Assembly (NCBI GenBank): GCA_003670735.1
Contig: QWQU01000001.1
Location: forward strand, 1,574 to 65,573
DNA: 64,000 nt
Reading direction: 5' to 3'
Source of the DNA: Chloroflexota bacterium
Lineage (GTDB): Bacteria; Chloroflexota; Dehalococcoidia; UBA2979
Translations under genes and position numbers: made by a program
The notes under the pieces: generated by a model
Seen by the model: only the letters and a program-made list of their open reading frames with translations
Databases searched by the model: none
Told to the model about the DNA's origin: nothing
In this document: positions 23,540-33,558 of the stretch, piece by piece
How the letters are laid out: each line of letters opens with the position of its first letter
How positions within the stretch are numbered: position 1 is the stretch's first letter

Positions 23540-24385
23540 TCACTCCTCCGGGACGGGCAGGTGCGGGCCATTCCAGCGCGGGTACGAGCCGAGCACGCGC
23601 AGCCACAACGTGACCTCGCGGGTCGCCTCGAGTGCCTCGCGGACATTGTCGTCGAGACGGTGCCCTTGGAAGTCCACGAGGAACACGTAGGTGCCGAGCG
23701 CGTGCCGCGTGGGCCGCGACTCGACGCGGGTCAGGTTGAGGCCGCGGTTCGAGAAGATGTTCAGCACCTCGACCAGTGAGCCCGGGCGGTCGTGGTGCGT
23801 GGTGAACGCGATCGAGCTCTTGTCGTCGCCCGTGCGCGGCGCGTCCTCGGCGCCCAGCACGACGAAGCGGGTCTCGTTGCCGGGCTCGTCGGCGAGGTCG
23901 TCGTGGTAGATGTGCGCGCCGTAGAGGTCAGCGGCGATGTGGCTGCCGATGGCGGCTGTGCCAGGCTCGGCGATGGCGGACTCGATGGCACCGGCCGTCG
24001 AGAGCGCCGCGATCGGCTCGGCGTTGGGCATGAAGCGGGCGATGTTGGCGCGGCACTGACCAAGCGCCTGCGGGTGCGAGTGCACGCGGCGCACCTGGCG
24101 CAGGTCGAGCCCCTCGACGCCCACGAGTGCGTGGCGGATCGGCAGCACGACCTCGCCGCGAATCTGGACCTTCGAGGCCTCGCGGAGCAGCAGGAGCTGC
24201 GTCTCGACGACGGGGCCTTCGATGGCGTTCTCGATGGCGCAGACGGCAGCGTCGGCTCCGCCCGCTTCGACGGTTTCGACCGAGGCGGTGAACGTCGGGT
24301 GCGGCAGCAGGTCCGCGGTGGGATCAAAGGCGATCGCGGCCGCCTCGGTGTAGGTACCGCGGGGACCGAGGAAGCTGAGGCGCAC
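23540..24385 (-). CDS. pheA: prephenate dehydratase
   Basis: MRLSFLGPRGTYTEAAA, ESRP (TRVESRPTR) motif and C-terminal ACT domain. Confidence 0.85.
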   Translation of the reverse strand: MRLSFLGPRGTYTEAAAIAFDPTADLLPHPTFTASVETVEAGGADAAVCAIENAIEGPVVETQLLLLREASKVQIRGEVVLPIRHALVGVEGLDLRQVRRVHSHPQALGQCRANIARFMPNAEPIAALSTAGAIESAIAEPGTAAIGSHIAADLYGAHIYHDDLADEPGNETRFVVLGAEDAPRTGDDKSSIAFTTHHDRPGSLVEVLNIFSNRGLNLTRVESRPTRHALGTYVFLVDFQGHRLDDNVREALEATREVTLWLRVLGSYPRWNGPHLPVPEE

Positions 24386-24391
24386 CCGGTG

Positions 24392-25069
24392 CTACCCGGT
24401 CACCGTGGCGCCCGCGACGAGGCGCCGGAACTCCGGCTCGGCCTCCTGCGGGATCACCGCGATGATCTCGTCGCCCGCGCGCAGGACGGTGTCGCCGTTC
24501 GGTACCTCGGGCGCGCCGCCCTCGTGCACGACGAGCGAGATGATCGAGTTCTCAGGCAGGCGCAGCGAGCGAACTGCTGCGCCCTCGGCCTCGGAACCCG
24601 CGATCACGTGCAGATCTACGAGCTGCAGGCCGGAGCCGTGCAGCTTCATCAGCGGAATAAACGTGTGCTCCGGCAGGTCGAACTCGATCTGCGCCATGAT
24701 CGCGCCGGTCGCGGAGACCGTGGAGTCGATGCCAAGCTCGCGGAACAGCCGCTCGTTGCGAGGGTTGTTCACGCGAGCAATCGTGCGCCCGACCTTGAAC
24801 CAGTGCTTCGCGACCTGGCAGGAGACGAGATTCGCACCATCGTCGCCCGTGACGGCGATCAGCATGTCTGCGCGACGCGCGCCGACGCTCTCGAGGAAGA
24901 CGACCTCCGTGCCGTCACCGTGGACGACCATCTCGCCCAGCTCCTCGCGGAGCGCGCCGGCCCGACTGCGGTCGCGATCGACGAGGACGACCTCGTGATC
25001 CGCGAGCGCCTGCAGCTCCAGCCCGAGGCCGTATCCGACGGTGCCAGCGCCCACGACGATGATGTACAT
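24392..25069 (-). CDS. trkA: TrkA-family K+ transport regulator (TrkA-N + TrkA-C)
   Basis: MYIIVVGAGTVGYGLG Rossmann motif followed by a TrkA-C domain. Confidence 0.8.
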   Translation of the reverse strand: MYIIVVGAGTVGYGLGLELQALADHEVVLVDRDRSRAGALREELGEMVVHGDGTEVVFLESVGARRADMLIAVTGDDGANLVSCQVAKHWFKVGRTIARVNNPRNERLFRELGIDSTVSATGAIMAQIEFDLPEHTFIPLMKLHGSGLQLVDLHVIAGSEAEGAAVRSLRLPENSIISLVVHEGGAPEVPNGDTVLRAGDEIIAVIPQEAEPEFRRLVAGATVTG

Positions 25070-25071
25070 GG

Positions 25072-25476
25072 CTACTGCTCCCGGATGAGGGCGTCGTACG
25101 CCATCTGGGCACCGATGTTGGTCGGGCTAAACGTCCGGAGACCGAGGTTCGCGAAGATCTCACCGCGGAACGGGTCGGAGACGCGAGCGACGACGACCTT
25201 CACTCCGAAAATGTGCTTGGCAATCTGAGAGCCGAGAAGGTTGCGGTTGTCGCCCTGCGTCAGAGCGAAGAACGCGTCAGCCTCCTGGACGCCAGCGGCC
25301 TCCAGAACCGACTCGTCGTAGCCGGAGCCGACGAGCGTCTCGCCCTGGAAGTCGGATGGGAGCCGTCGGAACGAGTACGGGTCTGTGTCGATGACGGTGA
25401 TGGAGTTGCCCTCGTGCTCCAGTCGAGCAGCGAGGGTCGAGCCAACACGGCCACACCCCATGATCACAACGCGCAT
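25072..25476 (-). CDS. TrkA-N domain NAD-binding protein
   Basis: MRVVIMGCGRVGSTLAARL Rossmann motif. 134 aa. 2-nt gap to the downstream trkA. Confidence 0.75.
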   Translation of the reverse strand: MRVVIMGCGRVGSTLAARLEHEGNSITVIDTDPYSFRRLPSDFQGETLVGSGYDESVLEAAGVQEADAFFALTQGDNRNLLGSQIAKHIFGVKVVVARVSDPFRGEIFANLGLRTFSPTNIGAQMAYDALIREQ

Positions 25477-25499
25477 TGGGGAGCTCCTCGCGCTGGCTA

Positions 25500-25961
25500 C
25501 TAGGCCAGCTGGTCGGGCCGCGGCGGGTAGCGGATGATCCAGACCTGCGCAGCGGCGTTCTCAAGCACCGACAGCGCCATCTGGCCAACCTCGTACCGGC
25601 CGTATGACCGATGGTATGCCAGTCCGATCACCACCGCATCCACGCGCAGCGCTGCTGCCTCGTCGACGACTGCGGTGCCGGCATGACGGGCCTGCACAAT
25701 GTTTCCCTCGAGCTTGAGGTTGTACTTGGAGGCCGCCTTCTCGGCGGCGCTCATGATCTCCTCGCCACGCTCCAGGTCGGCTGTGAGCTCGGCGTCGACG
25801 GGCAGTGCCCGCGGCACCTCGATCACATGGAGGCCGAACAGGCTGGCGTGGACGCGCATCGCGGTCTCGCACGCGAGGCTCAGTGCGTAGTTCGACGCAT
25901 CGCTGCCATCCACGACGACGAGGATGGAACGGACCGCTTCGGGCCCAGCGCTTCGAACCAT
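25500..25961 (-). CDS. uspA: universal stress protein
   Basis: SILVVVDGSDASNYALSLA...AVVIGLAYH.. Usp fold. Start set to the MVRSAGP ATG with GGAGG 7 nt upstream. Upstream ORF extension rejected. Confidence 0.8.
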   Translation of the reverse strand: MVRSAGPEAVRSILVVVDGSDASNYALSLACETAMRVHASLFGLHVIEVPRALPVDAELTADLERGEEIMSAAEKAASKYNLKLEGNIVQARHAGTAVVDEAAALRVDAVVIGLAYHRSYGRYEVGQMALSVLENAAAQVWIIRYPPRPDQLA

Positions 25962-26335
25962 GAGATGCCTCCGCGGCTGCCTCGCCCCACGAGGGGAAGG
26001 CGATTCGAGGGATCGTACGTCGCGGGGCATGGGGCGCAAGCAGCGACAGCCGGGGCCAGATCGCTCTGAAACACGCTTGCAACCCGCGCGGCTGGGCCGC
26101 GACGCGGGGTACAATGGCCTTCGTTACACAGATACAGGTGGGGGGACAGATGCCGGCAGTACGCGGAGCCAGTGGAAACGGTCGATCGAAGAGCACGACG
26201 GCAACTCGCCGCGCTCCTGCGTCGCGCGCGACGACCGCAGCGCGCACGAACGGCCGCACTGCCGCTGCTCCCAAGGCTACGGCTCCTCGCGTCACCAGCA
26301 CTCGGCGCGCCTCGGCTGCTCCGGCTCACGGCCAG

Positions 26336-27256
26336 ATGCAGCGTGAGGGCACGGCGTCCTGGACGGTGAAGGCCGGCCTGGCGCAGATGCTCAAGGGCGG
26401 CGTGATCATGGACGTCGTCACCGTGGAGCACGCGAAGATCGCCGAAGAGGCTGGCGCCTGCGCCGTGATGGCGCTGGAGCGCGTCCCGAGCGACATCCGT
26501 GCCGCCGGCGGCGTCGCGCGCATGTCGCGGGTCGACCTGATCGAGGAGATCTGCAAGTCCGTCACCATCCCGGTGATGGCGAAGGCGCGCATCGGCCACT
26601 TCGTCGAGGCGCAGATCCTCGAGTCGATCGGCGTTGATTACGTCGACGAGTCCGAAGTGCTGACGATGGCGGACGACGTCCACCACATCGACAAGAACGC
26701 GTTCAAGGTGCCGTTCGTCTGCGGTTGCCGCGACCTGGGCGAGGCGCTGCGCCGCATCGCCGAGGGGGCCGCGATGATCCGCACCAAGGGCGAAGCCGGC
26801 ACCGGCGACATCGTCGAGGCCGTGCGCCATATGCGCGCGCTCTGGGGCGGCATCCGCAAGGTGCAGAGCGCTCCCGACGACGAGCTCGCTGTGATCGCCA
26901 AGGACCTGCAGGTCCCGCTGGACCTGGTGAAGGAAGTGAAGCGGCTCGGCAAGCTGCCGGTCGTGAACTTCTCGGCTGGTGGCATCGCGACTCCCGCGGA
27001 CGCCGCTCTGATGATGCAGCTGGGCGCCGAGGGCGTGTTCGTCGGCTCCGGCATCTTCAAGTCCGGTGAGGGCCTCACGGCGCGCGAGGCAATCAAGGCG
27101 CAGTCGCGCATGGCGTCTGCGATCGTGAAGGCCGTGACGTACTACAACGACCCGGACATGCTGGCCGAAGTCTCGCGTGGCCTCGGTGACGCGATGCGCG
27201 GCCAGTCGGTCGCCTCGATCCCGGTGTCGCAGCAGCTGGCCAGTCGCGGGGTTTAA
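26336..27256 (+). CDS. pdxS: pyridoxal 5'-phosphate synthase lyase subunit PdxS
   Basis: [27 protein letters not shown]...[15 protein letters not shown] is strongly conserved PdxS. Start ambiguous: an in-frame ATG at 26150 with SD GGTGGGGGGA would add a 62-aa basic low-complexity extension (see findings). Confidence 0.9.
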   Translation: MQREGTASWTVKAGLAQMLKGGVIMDVVTVEHAKIAEEAGACAVMALERVPSDIRAAGGVARMSRVDLIEEICKSVTIPVMAKARIGHFVEAQILESIGVDYVDESEVLTMADDVHHIDKNAFKVPFVCGCRDLGEALRRIAEGAAMIRTKGEAGTGDIVEAVRHMRALWGGIRKVQSAPDDELAVIAKDLQVPLDLVKEVKRLGKLPVVNFSAGGIATPADAALMMQLGAEGVFVGSGIFKSGEGLTAREAIKAQSRMASAIVKAVTYYNDPDMLAEVSRGLGDAMRGQSVASIPVSQQLASRGV

Positions 27257-27326
27257 CACAGACCGGTAGCACGTAACGACGGGCGAGCGACACTCGCCCG
27301 GGCAGACGGAGGGCGCAACGGCAGCA

Positions 27327-27962
27327 TTGGATCCACGCATCGGTGTCCTCGCCTTGCAAGGCGATTTCCGCGAGCATGTGGATACGTTGCGCGCCCTCAA
27401 TGTCGATGCATTCGAGGTACGCACCCTCGCACAGCTCGACACGTGTGACGGTCTGATCCTCCCAGGCGGCGAGAGCACGACGATCGCCCGACTGCTGATT
27501 GCCTTTGACCTCCTCGAACCACTGCGCGCGCGCATCCGCTCCGGCATGCCGGTGTGGGGCACGTGCGCGGGCGCGATCCTCCTCGCCAAGCGCGTGCCAC
27601 AGCTCGACCGTCCGCCGGTCGGCGTGATGGATATCACCGTTGATCGCAACGCATTCGGGCGACAGATCGACTCGTTCGAGGCCGAGCTCAACGTCCGCGA
27701 GATCGAGGGCGCACCGATTCACGCGGTGTTCATCCGTGCGCCCGTCCTGCGTGACCTCGGAAAGAACGTCGAGGCGCTCTGCACGCTCGGGGACGGACGC
27801 ATCGTGGCGTGCCGCGAGCAGAACATGCTGGCCACCTCGTTCCACCCGGAGCTGACCGGCGACCACCGCATGCACGAGCTGTTCGTGCGCATGGTGCGGG
27901 AGGCGATGGGCGCGCCAGCAAAACCACGAGCCCGAGCAGGGACCACGAGGTCACGCGCGTGA
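27327..27962 (+). CDS. pdxT: pyridoxal 5'-phosphate synthase glutaminase subunit PdxT
   Basis: IGVLALQGDF...VWGTCAGAILL (catalytic Cys)...HPE. TTG start. Confidence 0.9.
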   Translation: MDPRIGVLALQGDFREHVDTLRALNVDAFEVRTLAQLDTCDGLILPGGESTTIARLLIAFDLLEPLRARIRSGMPVWGTCAGAILLAKRVPQLDRPPVGVMDITVDRNAFGRQIDSFEAELNVREIEGAPIHAVFIRAPVLRDLGKNVEALCTLGDGRIVACREQNMLATSFHPELTGDHRMHELFVRMVREAMGAPAKPRARAGTTRSRA

Positions 27963-28894
27963 CCAATCCACACGCGCCACGCCCGAGCGACCTCGTCGCG
28001 CTCGTGTCATTCGATGGCGATGTGGTGCCCAACCAGGCGGTGACACGCGACCGACTCGGACGCACCGCATCGGCGCCGCACGCACTCGGCGCGGCAATCG
28101 AGCAGTGGCTGGGGCGTCGGCCGGTGTGGATTGACGTGCAGGGCCGCCAGATTCGTGGCATCGCCACGGCACGCGAGCTACACGGCCGCGACGCATGGGA
28201 GATCGACACGCTGGTCGATGCGACTGGCGGCACCAGCGGTGATGTCGTTGCCGGCTTGCTGCGCCAGGCAACGGAAGCAGCGACCGAGGCACACGTCGGA
28301 CGGCTGCTGCTGCGCCTCGACGCTGACTCGTCGGCTGTACTCGAAGCACGGCGCGCGGGCTTCACAGTCGCACTCGAAGAACAGTTGTGGGTGCGCACGC
28401 ATCGCGGTAGCGAGCTCGACTCGAAGCCAACGGTTGTGGTGCGCGACAGTGACGCGGCCGACGCGTTCTTTGAGTTCCAGCTGTACTGCCGCACCTTCCC
28501 GGTCGAAGCACGCCAGGCGATCGGCATGACCTTCGATGAGTGGTCGGCGGCGCAAGAGCGACGCTGGGCCCGAGGCATACGGGAGCAGATCGCGGTCGAG
28601 CAGGGACAGGCGCGTGCAGCACTGCGCGCGAACGGATCCCAGCTGACCGTGATTGCGGAATCCGGCGCGCACGACTGCGCCGAGGCGCTGCTGCGAGCGG
28701 CCGAGGTGCATCTCGATACTCGCGTGCTAGCGCTGCAGCCAGTGTGCGATGCGACGCCGGCACGCGCGCTGCGCGATCATGGATTCGAGACTGGACCGAC
28801 ATACGTGCTGCTGGCACAGCGCACGATGCGCACAGTGCGAGCGACGGCTCGCGAGGCGATCAGAACCAGGACGGTGGTGCCGAGTGGTGGATGA
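27959..28894 (+). CDS. hypothetical protein, translationally coupled to pdxT
   Basis: GTG start overlaps the pdxT stop (GTGA). 311 aa. Good GC3. Family not recognised. Confidence 0.55.
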   Translation: MTNPHAPRPSDLVALVSFDGDVVPNQAVTRDRLGRTASAPHALGAAIEQWLGRRPVWIDVQGRQIRGIATARELHGRDAWEIDTLVDATGGTSGDVVAGLLRQATEAATEAHVGRLLLRLDADSSAVLEARRAGFTVALEEQLWVRTHRGSELDSKPTVVVRDSDAADAFFEFQLYCRTFPVEARQAIGMTFDEWSAAQERRWARGIREQIAVEQGQARAALRANGSQLTVIAESGAHDCAEALLRAAEVHLDTRVLALQPVCDATPARALRDHGFETGPTYVLLAQRTMRTVRATAREAIRTRTVVPSGG

Positions 28895-30593
28895 CCGTAC
28901 GACCTCGTTCGCCGATGACGCGGAGGCGGAGCAAGACTTGCTGCTCACACGTCTCCCTGAGCGCATTGCCACAGCCGCGCGTGCTGCGGGGCGCGAGGGC
29001 CTGATTGAGGTCGTCATGGACCTCGGACGCCTCGCAACGGCGCGCTACAGCGGCGGTCGTGAGATACCGCTCACCGACCAGGAAGTCACCGAGCAGGACA
29101 TCGACCAGGTCGTGTCGCAGATCTCCGAGTTCGGCGAGGACAACCGCGCCGGCATTCCGCGCACGCTGCATCGCATCTCTGCGATTCGCAATCGTCGCGG
29201 CCGCATCGTCGGCCTCACCTGCCGCATCGGCCGCAGCGTCACCGGCTCAGCCAGCGTGCTGCGTGACCTGATCGACTCGGGTAAGAGCGTGCTGCTGCTC
29301 GGACCTCCCGGCGTCGGCAAGACCACAATGCTGCGCGAGGCTGCGCGCGTGCTCGCCGATGACCTGCACAAGCGTGTCGTGATCGTCGACTCCTCGAACG
29401 AGATCGGTGGCGACGGAGACATCCCGCACCCCGGCGTCGGCCGCGCACGCCGCATGCAGGTCGCGCGCCCCGAACAGCAGCACGAGGTGATGATCGAGGC
29501 CGTCGAGAACCACACGCCCGAGGTGATCGTGATCGACGAGATCGGTACGGCACTTGAAGCGCTGGCTGCGCGCACGATCGCCGAGCGTGGTGTGCAGTTG
29601 ATTGGCACGGCACACGGCAACCAACTCGCGAACCTGATGCAGAACCCGACGCTGTCCGACCTGATCGGTGGTATCGAGTCGGTGACGCTCGGTGACGAGG
29701 AAGCACGACGACGCGGCACGCAGAAGACCGTGCTCGAACGCCGCGCTCCCCCAACGTTCACCGCGCTGGTCGAGATTCAGGCGTTTAACCGGGTCGCCGT
29801 GCACGAGGACATCGCCGCAACGGTCGACACGCTGCTGCGCGGCTTCGAAGCCGAGGCGGAGATCCGCACGATTGGCGCTGACGGCCAGATCACGGAGCTC
29901 GAGCGCGTCGCGGTGGCCCTTGAGGACCACGGCGAGCACATCGGCATGGCGCGCGAGGGCGGCGACCGCCGCGACTTCCGCCCTCGGAACGGTGATCGCG
30001 AGCGAGAACGCGAACCTCGAGAGATGCACGAGGAGCGCGAGCCGCGCACACCTCGGCGCATTCCGCCCGCACCAGGGGGACCGCAGCGTCGCATCCTCGC
30101 GTTCGGCATCAGCCGCGCGCGGCTCGAGGAGGCGATTGGTTCGTCGCGCTCGGCGGCAACGGTCGTGGACTCGATCCAGGATGCGGACGCGGTGATGACG
30201 TTGCGGCCGTACTACCGCCGCCGCGCGGGCCCGATTCGCGACGCGGAGGTGCGAGGCATCCCGGTGCACGTGCTCCGCAACAACACCGTCGCGCAGATCG
30301 AGCAGGCGCTGCTCCAGATGCGCGGCCCCGGCCAGCAGGAAGACCCGACGACTGCCGCGCTGCGTGAGACCGAGGACGCGATCGCTGCGGTCGCATTCGA
30401 CGGCCAGGCATCCGTCGAGCTCGCACCGCAGAACGCGTACATACGCCGACTGCAGCACGAACTCGCGAGTCGTCATGGCGTCGAGTCCACCTCGCGCGGC
30501 CGCGAGCCGTACCGACACGTACTCGTGACAGCGACCGGCGGCGTGCGCCCGCGTCGTGACGAGACGTGGGACGAGGAAGACCTGCGCGCGTGA
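28884..30593 (+). CDS. P-loop ATPase with C-terminal R3H domain (Ycf45/SpoIIIAA-like family)
   Basis: [16 protein letters not shown] Walker A, VIVIDEIG Walker B, C-terminal R3H-like region. GTG start overlaps the upstream gene by 11 nt. Arg/Glu-rich low-complexity insert. Confidence 0.75.
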   Translation: MVDDRTTSFADDAEAEQDLLLTRLPERIATAARAAGREGLIEVVMDLGRLATARYSGGREIPLTDQEVTEQDIDQVVSQISEFGEDNRAGIPRTLHRISAIRNRRGRIVGLTCRIGRSVTGSASVLRDLIDSGKSVLLLGPPGVGKTTMLREAARVLADDLHKRVVIVDSSNEIGGDGDIPHPGVGRARRMQVARPEQQHEVMIEAVENHTPEVIVIDEIGTALEALAARTIAERGVQLIGTAHGNQLANLMQNPTLSDLIGGIESVTLGDEEARRRGTQKTVLERRAPPTFTALVEIQAFNRVAVHEDIAATVDTLLRGFEAEAEIRTIGADGQITELERVAVALEDHGEHIGMAREGGDRRDFRPRNGDREREREPREMHEEREPRTPRRIPPAPGGPQRRILAFGISRARLEEAIGSSRSAATVVDSIQDADAVMTLRPYYRRRAGPIRDAEVRGIPVHVLRNNTVAQIEQALLQMRGPGQQEDPTTAALRETEDAIAAVAFDGQASVELAPQNAYIRRLQHELASRHGVESTSRGREPYRHVLVTATGGVRPRRDETWDEEDLRA

Positions 30594-31213
30594 GTCCTCA
30601 AGGTCTGCTGGTCACACTCGAAGGCGGCGAAGGCGCGGGCAAGTCCACGCAGATCGCGCGTCTCGGCGAGCGCGCGCGTGAGCTCGGCCGCGAGGTCATC
30701 ACCTGCCGCGAGCCCGGTGGTACCGAGGTGGGCGAGCACCTGCGCAACGCGCTCTTCGGACTGACACACGCGCCGACTGCGCTCACCGAGCTGATGACGT
30801 TCTCGGCCGCGCGAGCGGAACTCGTGACGACCGTGATCCAGCCCGCACTCGAGCGTGGCGCGGTCGTGATCTGCGACCGCTTCACTGACTCGACGATCGC
30901 GTACCAGGGCTACGGACGCGGGCTGAACATCGGCACCATCAAGGCGATCAACGCGATCGCCACGGGCGGCCTCGAACCCGACCTCACGCTGCTCTTCGAC
31001 ATCTCACCGTCACGAGGTCGTGCGCGCGGCGCCGAAGGTGGCACAGACTACGTGGAGCGCGAGGAACTCACGTTCCACGAGCGTGTGCGCGAGGGCTTTC
31101 GCACGCTCGCACATGCCGACCGCGATCGCTGGATCATCCTCGATGCTGCGCTGCCGGTGGACGAGGTGACCGAGAACGCGTGGTCCGCGCTGCGACGCTT
31201 CCTCACGATCTAA
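30590..31213 (+). CDS. tmk: thymidylate kinase
   Basis: [17 protein letters not shown]-loop. DRF/DR motif. GTG start overlaps the upstream stop (GTGA). Confidence 0.9.
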   Translation: MSPQGLLVTLEGGEGAGKSTQIARLGERARELGREVITCREPGGTEVGEHLRNALFGLTHAPTALTELMTFSAARAELVTTVIQPALERGAVVICDRFTDSTIAYQGYGRGLNIGTIKAINAIATGGLEPDLTLLFDISPSRGRARGAEGGTDYVEREELTFHERVREGFRTLAHADRDRWIILDAALPVDEVTENAWSALRRFLTI

Positions 31214-31237
31214 CGAGTCGCACTCGAGACAAACAGA

Positions 31238-31270
31238 AGAGGCGGCCTTGCGGCCGCCTCTTCGTTGTGT
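31238..31270. terminator. bidirectional hairpin terminator between convergent tmk and the thiolase gene
   Basis: AGAGGCGGCC-TTGC-GGCCGCCTCT 10-bp perfect stem. TCGTTGTGT follows on + strand and TTCTGTTTGT on - strand. Confidence 0.7.
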
Positions 31271-31284
31271 GCGTTCGCTTCGAG

Positions 31285-32460
31285 CTAGTCGAGGCGCTCG
31301 AAGATGCTCGCGATGCCCTGACCACCACCGATGCAGAGCGAGACGATGCCGTAGCGGCCACCGGTGCGCTCCAGCTCGTACATGAGCTTCACGGTGAGGA
31401 TGGCGCCCGTGGCACCAACCGGGTGACCGAGGGCCACCGCGCCACCGTTCGGGTTCACCTTCTCCGGCGGCAGGTTCAGCGCCGTCGAGCAGGCAGCCGC
31501 GACGACCGCGAACGCCTCGTTCAACTCGATGACGTCGATGTCATCGATGGTCAGGTTCGCCTTCGCGAGTGCGTTCTGAATCGCGGGGATCGGACCCTCG
31601 CCCATCGTCTCCGGCGGAACGCCGGCCTCAGCACGAGCGACCAGGCGCATGCGCGGCTTGATGCCGAGCTCGCGTGCGTGCTCGGCGGTGGTCAGCACAA
31701 GGGCGGCAGCGCCGTCGTTGATGCCAGACGAGTTACCAGCAGTGACGTTGCCGTCGCTCTTGAACGCCGGGCGCAGCTTGGCGAGCGCCTCGAGGCTGGT
31801 GTTGCGCGGGTGCTCGTCGGTGTCGAACGTCACCTTCTCGCGGCCCTTGGAGACCTCGAGCGGCATGATCTGCTCCTTGAAGCGACCAGCGTCGATGGCG
31901 GCACGAGCGCGCTCCTGCGAGCGAACCGAGAACTCGTCCTGGGCCTCACGGGAGACCTCGAACTTCGTGGCGAGGTTCTCGGCGGTGATGCCCATCGGGA
32001 CCTTCTCGAACGGGTCGGTGACGAGGTGCATCGTCCCGTCCTCGAGAGTCGAGTGGCCGAGCCGGTAGCCGAAGCGCGCCTTGCGCAGCAGGTACGGCAT
32101 CATCGACATGTTCTCGGCACCGCCAGCGACGACCACCTTCGCGTCGCCGGTCTGGAGCCAGCGAGCAGCGGTGTTGATGGCCTCGAGGCCCGAGCCGCAG
32201 ATGCGGTTCACGGTGTAGGCGGGGGTGCCAATCGGCATGCCACCCTTCACCGAGGCGTGACGGGCGATGTAGCCGTCCTCCGCCACCTGGCCGACGCAGC
32301 CCAGGATGACCTGGTCTACCTGCTCCGGGCTGAGCCCCGAGCGCACGACGGCCTCACGGATGACGGCCGCGCCGAGGTCGGACGCGGAGGTGTCAGCCAG
32401 GCTGCCCCCCAGCGTGCCAATGGCCGTTCGGACTCCACTCAGGACAACGACGTCATCCAT
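31285..32460 (-). CDS. acetyl-CoA C-acetyltransferase (thiolase)
   Basis: VVVLSGVRTAIGTLGG, NRICGSGLEAI (active Cys), C-terminal GGGQG. Start set to the MDDVVVL ATG with AAGGA 7 nt upstream. Confidence 0.9.
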   Translation of the reverse strand: MDDVVVLSGVRTAIGTLGGSLADTSASDLGAAVIREAVVRSGLSPEQVDQVILGCVGQVAEDGYIARHASVKGGMPIGTPAYTVNRICGSGLEAINTAARWLQTGDAKVVVAGGAENMSMMPYLLRKARFGYRLGHSTLEDGTMHLVTDPFEKVPMGITAENLATKFEVSREAQDEFSVRSQERARAAIDAGRFKEQIMPLEVSKGREKVTFDTDEHPRNTSLEALAKLRPAFKSDGNVTAGNSSGINDGAAALVLTTAEHARELGIKPRMRLVARAEAGVPPETMGEGPIPAIQNALAKANLTIDDIDVIELNEAFAVVAAACSTALNLPPEKVNPNGGAVALGHPVGATGAILTVKLMYELERTGGRYGIVSLCIGGGQGIASIFERLD

Positions 32461-32484
32461 GTCAGTTCCTTGATCCCCCAATGG

Positions 32485-32500
32485 GCATGCGAACGCATGC
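32485..32500. promoter_or_regulatory. 16-bp perfect palindrome GCATGCGAACGCATGC in the thiolase/thrB divergent region (candidate operator)
   Basis: 7-bp arms GCATGCG/CGCATGC with 2-bp spacer. 25 nt upstream of the thiolase start codon on its strand. Confidence 0.3.
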
Positions 32501-32615
32501 TCCGCACGACATAGTGTATCGCGGACACGGAGGCCTCACCACCGAACGAGCGCTCGCATCCGCGACCATTGTGCGTTCGTTGCCCGCCTCACAGGCCGCC
32601 CATACACTGGCCGCC

Positions 32616-33524
32616 ATGCCAGACGCTCCCCAGTCCGTCGTTGTGCGCGTACCGGCGACCTCGGCCAATCTCGGGCCGGGATTCGACAGTCTTGGGCTCG
32701 CCCTCGACTGGACGGCCGACGTCCGCGTCAGCATCTCCAACACCGCTACGGCACGCCCGGATGGCCCGATCGAGCGCATGATCGCGAGCGCCGCGCTGTC
32801 CCTCTATACACGCGCCGGCATCGAGCCTCCGGCAGGCCTCGCCGTCGAGTACCGGGGAGACATCCCGGTCGGCCGTGGCCTTGGTGTCTCCGCACTGGCA
32901 CGAGTGGCCGGCCTGATGGCCGCCAACGAGCTGATCCCGAACGCCGCCGACCGCACGCCGGACATGCTGCTCGGCATCGCGACCCAACTCGAGCGCCACG
33001 CGGACAACGCGGCCCCGGCATTGCTCGGCGGGATCCAGGTCGTGGTCGCCGACGACGAGGATGTCTCGCACGCGACGGTGACGCCGCCGAGCGATCTGCG
33101 CGTCGCGTTGTTCGTGCCTGAGTTCTCGATGCCGACCGAGGAGTCGCGCGAGAAGCTGCCGACCTCGCTCACCCGCAACCAGACCGTGCACAACATCGGC
33201 CGCGCCGCACTACTCGTCGCAGCGCTCGTGAACCGGCAATACGACCTGCTCTCCGTCGCTACCGAGGATGTGCTGCATCAGCCGGCGCGCTCGACCATCT
33301 ATCAGGGCGAAGCGATGTTCCCGATCTTCGAGGCGGCCCGTGCTGCGGGCGCGCTCGGAGTATTCCTGTCGGGAGGCGGCCCAACGATCGCCGCCTTCGT
33401 GCAGGCGAACGGCGAGGACGTGGCGTGCGCGATGCGCGATGCAGCAGCCGCGCGCGGCGTTGCCGGGATCACGCGAGTCGTCGCGATGCGCGCCGCCGGC
33501 GCCGAAGTGATCGAGCGAACCTAA
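32616..33524 (+). CDS. thrB: homoserine kinase
   Basis: VRVPATSANLGPGFDSLGLAL GHMP-kinase motif. Start ATG 32616. No obvious SD. Confidence 0.85.
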   Translation: MPDAPQSVVVRVPATSANLGPGFDSLGLALDWTADVRVSISNTATARPDGPIERMIASAALSLYTRAGIEPPAGLAVEYRGDIPVGRGLGVSALARVAGLMAANELIPNAADRTPDMLLGIATQLERHADNAAPALLGGIQVVVADDEDVSHATVTPPSDLRVALFVPEFSMPTEESREKLPTSLTRNQTVHNIGRAALLVAALVNRQYDLLSVATEDVLHQPARSTIYQGEAMFPIFEAARAAGALGVFLSGGGPTIAAFVQANGEDVACAMRDAAAARGVAGITRVVAMRAAGAEVIERT

Positions 33525-33558
33525 CGGCTCACCTCGAGCCACGAGTCAGGAGCAACGT

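Noticed and set aside
26150-26335. Calling the 62-codon in-frame stretch upstream of pdxS as definite coding sequence
   Set aside because: Third-position GC (~65%) and codon choice (many GCT/ACT) are unlike the flanking genes, so it is reported only as an alternative start/finding.
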